A stretch of DNA of 64,000 bases. Source: Nitrosopumilus sp. Lineage in GTDB: Archaea > Thermoproteota > Nitrososphaeria > Nitrososphaerales > Nitrosopumilaceae. Positions within the stretch are counted from its first letter, which is position 1; the number at the start of each line of letters is the position of its first letter. Positions 11,801 through 20,800 of this stretch are shown in pieces. Made by a program: the position numbers and the translations under genes. The DNA is taken from NCBI GenBank assembly GCA_965249555.1, contig OZ252243.1:1-64000 (forward strand), given 5' to 3'. Under the pieces are notes generated by a model. That model was not told the DNA's origin, made no database searches, and worked only from the letters and a program-made list of their open reading frames with translations.

Positions 11801-14800
11801 TTGCTCCTGCTCCAAGTGTGGGAGGTGTTATGGTTGTAGCTGCAATCAGATTCTCAGATGAAACGCTTGTCTGTGGAATGTCGTTAGTTGATACGGCATG
11901 ATATGTGTAGGATGTTCCGGGAGTTACTGTAGTATCAGTGTAGAATAATTCAGTGACAGGTCCTAGGGAAACATCATCTCTAAACAGCTCGTATCCTGTG
12001 GCACCATCCACTGCAGTCCATGTAATCTCAATGCTTGTCGGAGTGATTGTTCCTAGTACAAGTTCAGGAGGTGCTATGGTTGTAGATATTTCCAGATCCT
12101 CAGAGTTGTCACTTGTCTGGGGAATGTCGTTAGTTGATGTGGCATGATAAGTGTAGGATGTTGCAGGAGTCAGACCAGTTTCAGTGTAGGATGTATTGCC
12201 GGTAGTTGTTATGAGGGTATCACCTCTATACAATTTGTATTCATTGGCACCATCCACTGCACCCCATGTAATCTCAATGCTTGTCGGAGTGATTGCTCCT
12301 GCTCCAAGTGTGGGAGGTGTTATGGTTGTAGCTGCAATCAGATTCTCAGATGAAACGCTTGTCCCGGCAGCGTTAGTTGATACGGCATGATATGTGTAGG
12401 ATTTTCCGGGAGTTACTGTAGTATCAGTGTAGAATAATTCAGTGGTGGTAGTTGTCACTGAGTTGCCATCTCTAAACAGCTCGTATCCTGTGGCACCATC
12501 CACTGCAGTCCATGTAATCTCAATGCTTGTCGGAGTGATTGTTCCTAGTACAAGTTCAGGAGGTGCTATGGTTGTAGATATTTCCAGATCCTCAGAGTTG
12601 TCACTTGTCTGGGGAATGTCGTTAGTTGATGTGGCATGATAAGTGTAGGATGTTGCAGGAGTCAGACCAGTTTCAGTGTAGGATGTATTGCCGGTAGTTG
12701 TTATGAGGGTATCACCTCTATACAATTTGTATTCATTGGCACCATCCACTGCACCCCATGTAATCTCAATGCTTGTCGGAGTGATTGCTCCTGCTCCAAG
12801 TGTGGGAGGTGTTATGGTTGTAGCTGCAATCAGATTCTCAGATGAAACGCTTGTCTGTGGAATGTCGTTAGTTGATACGGCATGATATGTGTAGGATGTT
12901 CCGGGAGTTACTGTAGTATCAGTGTAGAATAATTCAGTGACAGGTCCTAGGGAAACATCATCTCTAAACAGCTCGTATCCTGTGGCACCATCCACTGCAG
13001 TCCATGTAATCTCAATGCTTGTCGGAGTGATTGTTCCTAGTACAAGTTCAGGAGGTGCTATGGTTGTAGATATTTCCAGATCCTCAGAGTTGTCACTTGT
13101 CTGGGGAATGTCGTTAGTTGATGTGGCATGATAAGTGTAGGATGTTGCAGGAGTCAGACCAGTTTCAGTGTAGGATGTATTGCCGGTAGTTGTTATGAGG
13201 GTATCACCTCTATACAATTTGTATTCATTGGCACCATCCACTGCACCCCATGTAATCTCAATGCTTGTCGGAGTGATTGCTCCTGCTCCAAGTGTGGGAG
13301 GTGTTATGGTTGTAGCTGCAATCAGATTCTCAGATGAAACGCTTGTCCCGGCAGCGTTAGTTGATACGGCATGATATGTGTAGAATTTTCCGGGAGTTAC
13401 TGTAGTATCAGTGTAGAATAATTCAGTGGTGGTAGTTGTCACTGAGTTGCCATCTCTAAACAGCTCGTATCCTGTGGCACCATCCACTGCAGTCCATGTA
13501 ATCTCAATGCTTGTCGGAGTGATTGCTCCTAGTACAAGTTCAGGAGGTGCTATGGTTGTAGATATTTCCAGATCCTCAGAGTTGTCACTTGTCTGGGGAA
13601 TGTCGTTAGTTGATACGGCATGATATGTGTAGGATGTTGCAGGAGTTAATGTAGTATCAGTGTAGAATAATTCAGTGACAGGTCCCAGGGAAACATTATC
13701 TCTAAACAGCTCGTATCCTGTGGCACCATCCACTGCACCCCATGTAATCTCAATGCTTGTCGGAGTGATTGCTCCTGCTCCAAGTGTGGGAGGTGTTATG
13801 GTTGTAGCTGCAACCAGATCCTCAGATGAAACGCTTGTCTGTGGAATGTCGTTAGTTGATACGGCATGATATGTGTAGGATTTTCCGGGAGTTACTGTAG
13901 TATCAGTGTAGAATAATTCAGTGGTGGTAGTTGTCACTGAGTTGCCATCTCTAAACAGCTCGTATCCTGTGGCACCCTCCACTGTACTCCATGTAATCTC
14001 AATGCTTGTCGGAGTGATTGTTCCTAGTACAAGTTCAGGAGGTGCTATGGTTGTAGATATTTCCAGATCCTCAGAGTTGTCACTTGTCTGGGGAATGTCG
14101 TTAGTTGATACGGCATGATATGTGTAGGATGTTGCAGGAGTTAATGTAGTATCAGTGTAGAATAATTCAGTGACAGGTCCCAGGGAAACATTATCTCTAA
14201 ACAGCTCGTATCCTGTGGCACCATCCACTGCACCCCATGTAATCTCAATGCTTGTCGGAGTGATTGCTCCTGCTCCAAGTGTGGGAGGTGTTATGGTTGT
14301 AGCTGCAATCAGATTCTCAGATGAAACGCTTGTCTGTGGAATGTCGTTAGTTGATACGGCATGATATGTGTAGGATTTTCCGGGAGTTACTGTAGTATCA
14401 GTGTAGAATAATTCAGTGGTGGTAGTTGTCACTGAGTTGCCATCTCTAAACAGCTCGTATCCTGTGGCACCCTCCACTGTACTCCATGTAATCTCAATGC
14501 TTGTCGGAGTGATTGTTCCTAGTACAAGTTCAGGAGGTGCTATGGTTGTAGATATTTCCAGATCCTCAGAGTTGTCACTTGTCTGGGGAATGTCGTTAGT
14601 TGATACGGCATGATATGTGTAGGATGTTGCAGGAGTTAATGTAGTATCAGTGTAGAATAATTCAGTGACAGGTCCCAGGGAAACATTATCTCTAAACAGC
14701 TCGTATCCTGTGGCACCATCCACTGCACCCCATGTAATCTCAATGCTTGTCGGAGTGATTGTTCCTGCTCCAAGTGTGGGAGGTGTTATGGTTGTAGCTG

Positions 14801-17800
14801 CAACCAGATCCTCAGATGAAACGCTTGTCTGTGGAATGTCGTTAGTTGATACGGCATGATATGTGTAGGATTTTCCGGGAGTTACTGTAGTATCAGTGTA
14901 GAATAATTCAGTGACAGTTACCAGGGAAACATTATCTCTAAACAGAACGTATCCTGTGGCACCCTCCACTGTACTCCATGTAATCTCAATGCTTGTTTCA
15001 GTGATTGTTCCTACGACAAGTGTAGGAGGTGCTATGGTTGTAGATATTTCCAAATTCTCAGAGTTGTCACTTGTCTGGGGAATGTCGTTAGTTGATGTGG
15101 CATGATAAGTGTAGGATGTTGCAGGAGTCAGACCAGTTTCAGTGTAGGATGTATTGCCGGTAGTTGTTATGAGGGTATCACCTCTATACAATTTGTATTC
15201 ATTGGCACCATCCACTGCACCCCATGTAATCTCAATGCTTGTCGGAGTGATTGTTCCTGCTCCAAGTGTGGGAGGTGTTATGGTTGTAGCTGCAATCAGA
15301 TTCTCAGATGAAACGCTTGTCTGTGGAATGTCGTTAGTTGATACGGCATGATATGTGTAGGATGTTCCGGGAGTTACTGTAGTATCAGTGTAGAATAATT
15401 CAGTGGTGGTAGTTGTCACTGAGTTGCCATCTCTAAACAGCTCGTATCCTGTGGCACCATTTACTGCAGTCCATGTAATCTCAATGCTTGTCGGAGTGAT
15501 TGTTCCTAGTACAAGTTCAGGAGGTGCTATGGTTGTAGATATTTCCAGATCCTCAGAGTTGTCACTTGTCTGGGGAATGTCGTTAGTTGATGTGGCATGA
15601 TAAGTGTAGGATGTTGCAGGAGTCAGACCAGTTTCAGTGTAGGATGTATTGCCGGTAGTTGTTATGAGGGTATCACCTCTATACAATTTGTATTCATTGG
15701 CACCATCCACTGCACCCCATGTAATCTCAATGCTTGTCGGAGTGATTGCTCCTGCTCCAAGTGTGGGAGGTGTTATGGTTGTAGCTGCAATCAGATTCTC
15801 AGATGAAACGCTTGTCTGTGGAATGTCGTTAGTTGATACGGCATGATATGTGTAGGATGTTCCGGGAGTTACTGTAGTATCAGTGTAGAATAATTCAGTG
15901 GTGGTAGTTGTCACTGAGTTGCCATCTCTAAACAGCTCGTATCCTGTGGCACCATTTACTGTACTCCATGTAATCTCAATGCTTGTTTCAGTGATTGTTC
16001 CTAGTACAAGTTCAGGAGGTGCTATGGTTGTAGATATTTCCAGATCCTCAGAGTTGTCACTTGTCTGGGGAATGTCGTTAGTTGATACGGCATGATATGT
16101 GTAGGATGTTGCAGGAGTCAAGGTCTCATCAGTGTATGATGTATTGCTGGTAGTTGCTATAGAAATGCCATCTCTAAACAGCTCGTATCCTGTGGCACCA
16201 TCCACTGCACCCCATGTAATCTCAATGCTTGTCGGAGTGATTGTTCCTGCTCCAAGTGTGGGAGGTGTTATGGTTGTAGCTGCAATCAGATTCTCAGATG
16301 AAACGCTTGTCTGTGGAATGTCGTTAGTTGATACGGCATGATATGTGTAGGATGTTCCGGGAGTTACTGTAGTATCAGTGTAGAATAATTCAGTGGTGGT
16401 AGTTGTCACTGAGTTGCCATCTCTAAACAGCTCGTATCCTGTGGCACCCTCCACTGTACTCCATGTAATCTCAATGCTTGTTTCAGTGATTGTTCCTAGT
16501 ACAAGTTCAGGAGGTGCTATGGTTGTAGATATTTCCAGATCAGCAGAGTTGTCACTTGTCTGGGGAATGTCGTTAGTTGATGTCTGATCTATCTGATCAA
16601 ATAATAAGATCAAGAGTTCTAAGTTGTCACTTGTCTGGGGAATGTCGTTAGTTGATGTGGCATGATATGTGTAGGATTTTCCGGGAACCACGTTAGTATC
16701 AGAATATGATGTACCAATGACATATCCCAGGGATTCGTCATCTCTGAACAGCTCGTATACTATGGCACCCTCCACTGCACCCCATGTAATCTCAATGCTT
16801 GTTTCAGTGATTGCTCCTGCGACAAGTGTGGGAGGTGCTATGGTTGTAGATATTTCCAAATTCTCAGAGTCCTCACTTGTCCCGGCAGAATTAGTTGCTG
16901 TGGCATGATATGTGTAGGATGTTGTAGGAGTTAGACCAGTTTCAGTGTATGATGTATCGCCGGTAGTTGCTATAGAAATGCCATCTCTAAACAGCTCGTA
17001 TCCTGTGGCACCATCCACTATATCCCATGTAATCTCAATGCTTGTCGGAGTGATTGCTCCTGCTCCAAGTACAGGAGGTACTATGATTGTAGCTACAATC
17101 AAATTCTCAGATGGAACGCTTGTCTGTGGAATGTCGTTAGTTGATGTGGCATGATATGTGTAGGATGTTGCAGGAGTCAGGCCAGTGTCAGTGTATGATG
17201 TATCGCCGGTAGTTGTTATGAGGGTATCATCTCTATACAATTTGTATCCTGTGGCACCATCCACTATATCCCATGTAATCTCAATGCTTGTCGGAGTGAT
17301 TGCTCCTGCGACAAGTACAGGAGGTGTTATGGTTGTAACTGCAACCAGATCCTCAGATGGAACGCTTGACCGTGAAATGTCGTTAGTTGATGTGGCATGA
17401 TATGTGTAGGATTTTCCGGGAACCACGTTAGTATCAGAATATGATGTACCAATGACATATCCCAGGGATTCGTCATCTCTGAACAGCTCGTATACTATGG
17501 CACCCTCCACTGTACCCCATGTAATCTCAATGCTTGTCGGAGTGATTGCTCCTGCGACAAGTGTAGGAGGTGCTATGGTTGTAGATATTTCCAAATTCTC
17601 AGAGTTGTCACTTGTCTGGGGAATGTCGTTAGTTGATGTGGCATGATAAGTGTAGGATGTTGCAGGAGTCAGACCAGTTTCAGTGTAGGATGTATTGCCG
17701 GTAGTTGTTATGAGGGTATCACCTCTATACAATTTGTATTCATTGGCACCATCCACTGCACCCCATGTAATCTCAATGCTTGTCGGAGTGATTGCTCCTG

Positions 17801-20800
17801 CTCCAAGTGTGGGAGGTGTTATGGTTGTAGCTGCAATCAAATTCTCAGATGGAACGCTTGTCTGTGGAATGTCGTTAGTTGATACGGCATGATATGTGTA
17901 GGATGTTCCGGGAGTTACTGTAGTATCAGTGTAGAATAATTCAGTGACAGGTCCCAGGGAAGCATTATCTCTAAACAGCTCGTATCCTGTGGCACCATTT
18001 ACTGTACTCCATGTAATCTCAATGCTTGTTTCAGTGATTGTTCCTAGTACAAGTTCAGGAGGTGCTATGGTTGTAGATATTTCCAGATCCTCAGAGTTGT
18101 CACTTGTCTGGGGAATGCCGCTATCTGTTACGACACCACCTAAGACATAATAATAATATGCGTAGGATGTGGCATGATATGTGTAGGATGTTCCGGGAGT
18201 TACTGTAGTATCAGTGTAGAATAATTCAGTGACAGGTCCCAGGGAAACATTATCTCTAAACAGCTCGTATCCTGTGGCACCCTCCACTGTACTCCATGTA
18301 ATCTCAATGCTTGTCGGAGTGATTGTTCCTGCTCCAAGTTCAGGAGGTGCTGGGTTTGTAAATACTAAATAAAATGCAGAAGGGTTACTCATCCCGGCAG
18401 CATTTGTTGTTGTAAGGAGATAATTGTACTGTATACCAGAAGTCAGGCCGGTATCAGTGAAAAACAATATATCGCCTGTTGCCACTATTTCATAAGCACC
18501 GTCATCAACAAATCTGTACAAATTGTAACTGTCGGCATTCTCCACTGCAACCCAGAAAAATGTTACAGTTGTGTCAGTGATTTCTGATATTTGGAAGTCT
18601 GGTTCTACAGGTACAGTAATTACGTGTTTGCTGGCAATTACCTCACCATCATATGAGAGGGTTATGACATCGTTATAACCATGCCCGACTGGTAATAGAT
18701 ATAATATTTCACCCAACTCATCATTTGCAATGCTGACAGTTCTCTGTTCAGCACCAAATCCAATCGTAAAATCACCAGCTTTGTATGCGGAAAATGATAC
18801 CTGTGCGGCATAAGTGGGTATTCCAATTTGAATGCCAAAAGAGTGTAATTGTACTGGATCCAGATAACCTAATCTCAAGTCATAAGGGGGCATTCCAATT
18901 TGAATGTCAAAAGAGCCTTCCTTGATTGCAGGTATCTCAGTTTGCGTGTCAGGTGATGCAGTCGAAGTTGTAGTTGCAACCACATTGGTAGATGGTTTAC
19001 TGGTCTGGGAAATGTCGTTAGTTGATGTGGCATGATAAGTGTAAATCGTTTCAGGAGTCAAGCCAGTGTCAATGTAGGATAATTTAGGTGCAAGAAAGAG
19101 AAAAAACCAATGTTCAGTTACATAACTAGGAGTCAAGCCAGTGTCAATGTAGGATAATTCAGGGGTAGTTGTCACAGAAACGCCATCTCTAAACAGCTCG
19201 TATCTTGTGATACCATCCACTGCAGCCCATGTAATCTCAATGCTTGTCGGAGTGATTGCTCTTACTCCAAGTGCGGGAGGTGCTATGAGTGTAGATACTG
19301 CAAACTCTGCAGAAGGAGCACTTGTCACATAAGAATTTTTTGCTATAACGGTATACTTGTACTCTGTATCATGTTCCAAGCGAGGATCAGTGTATGATGT
19401 ACCAGTGATATGGCGGTAGGAGCCAGGAGTGTCGTCGGTAGTTGCTATAGAAATGCCATCTCTAAACAGCTCGTATCCTGTGGCACCCTCCACTATATCC
19501 CATGTAATCCTAATGAGTGCCGGAGTGATTGCTCTTGCTCCAAGTGTGGGAGGTGTTATGGTTGTAGCTGCAACCAGATCCTCAGATGGAACGCTTGTCT
19601 GTGGAATGTCGTTAGTTGATACGGCATGATATGTGTAGGATGTTCCGGGAGTTACTGTAGTATCAGAATATGATGTACCAGTGACAGTTCCCAGGGAAGC
19701 ATCATCTCTGAATAGCTCGTATCCTGTGGCACCCTCCACTGTACTCCATGTAATCTCAATGCTTGTTTCAGTGATTGCTCCTGCTCCAAGTGTGGGAGGT
19801 GCTATGGTTGTAACTGCAACCAGATCCTCAGATGGAACGCTTGTCTCAGCAGCGTTAGTTGATGTGGCATGATATGTGTAGGATGTTGCAGGAGTTACTA
19901 TATTATCAGAATATGATGTACCAGTGACAGTTCCCAGGGAAGCATCATCTCTGAATAGCTCGTATCCTGTGGCACCAGTTGATGCAGTCCATTCAATCAC
20001 TATACTTGTCGGAGTGATTTCTCCAGGTCTAAGTGTAGGAGGTACTATGGTTGTAACTGCAACTAGATCCTCAGAGTTGTCACTTGTCTGCAATGCACGG
20101 TTATCTGATGTGGCATGATATGTGTAGGATGTTCCGGGAACCACGTCATTATCAGTGTGGGATAAACCATGAAGAGTTCTTATGAGAATGTCATCTCTAT
20201 ACAACTTGTAGAGTAAGGCACCTGGTTGTGCATCCCATGAAATCACTATACTTGTCGAAGTGATTTCTCCTGTCCTAAGTGCAGGTGGGGCAGGTAGTGT
20301 ATGTGCCCTAGCTGTAGTTACAGCCCGATTGGCAGAGTCCTCACTTGTCCCGGCAGAATTAGTTGCTGTGGCATGATATGTGTAGGATGATGCCGAAGTC
20401 AGGCCCTCATCAGTGTAGGATAATTCAGTGGTAGTTGCTATGAGGGTATCACCTCTATACAATTTGTATCCTGTGGCACCAGTCACTGCATCCCATGCAA
20501 TCTCAATGCTTGTCGAAGTGATTTCTCCTGATCTAAGTGCAGGTGCGGCAGGCGGAGTTGCTGCATCAGTCCTTGCAGTAACCTCGTTAGATGAACCACT
20601 TGTCCCGGCAGTATTTGTTGCCGTAATGGTATACTTGTAATCTGTATCAGCAGACAGGCCAGTATCTGTGGCAGTCAATATATCGCCTGTTGCCACTATT
20701 ACATTATCATCGCCATCAACAATTCTGGTTAAAGTGTAACTGTCGGCATTATCCACTGCAGTCCACCAAAGTGTTATAGTTGTATCAGTAGCTGTTAATA

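Noticed and set aside
3455-18350. CRISPR array
   Set aside because: Units are ~246-bp in-frame protein domains without unique spacers. No true array or cas gene is in the window.
19395-19424. Extra ~30 bp (TPGSYRHITG) as another spacer-like insert
   Set aside because: No flanking duplication; explicable as a junction between two Fn3 subtypes.
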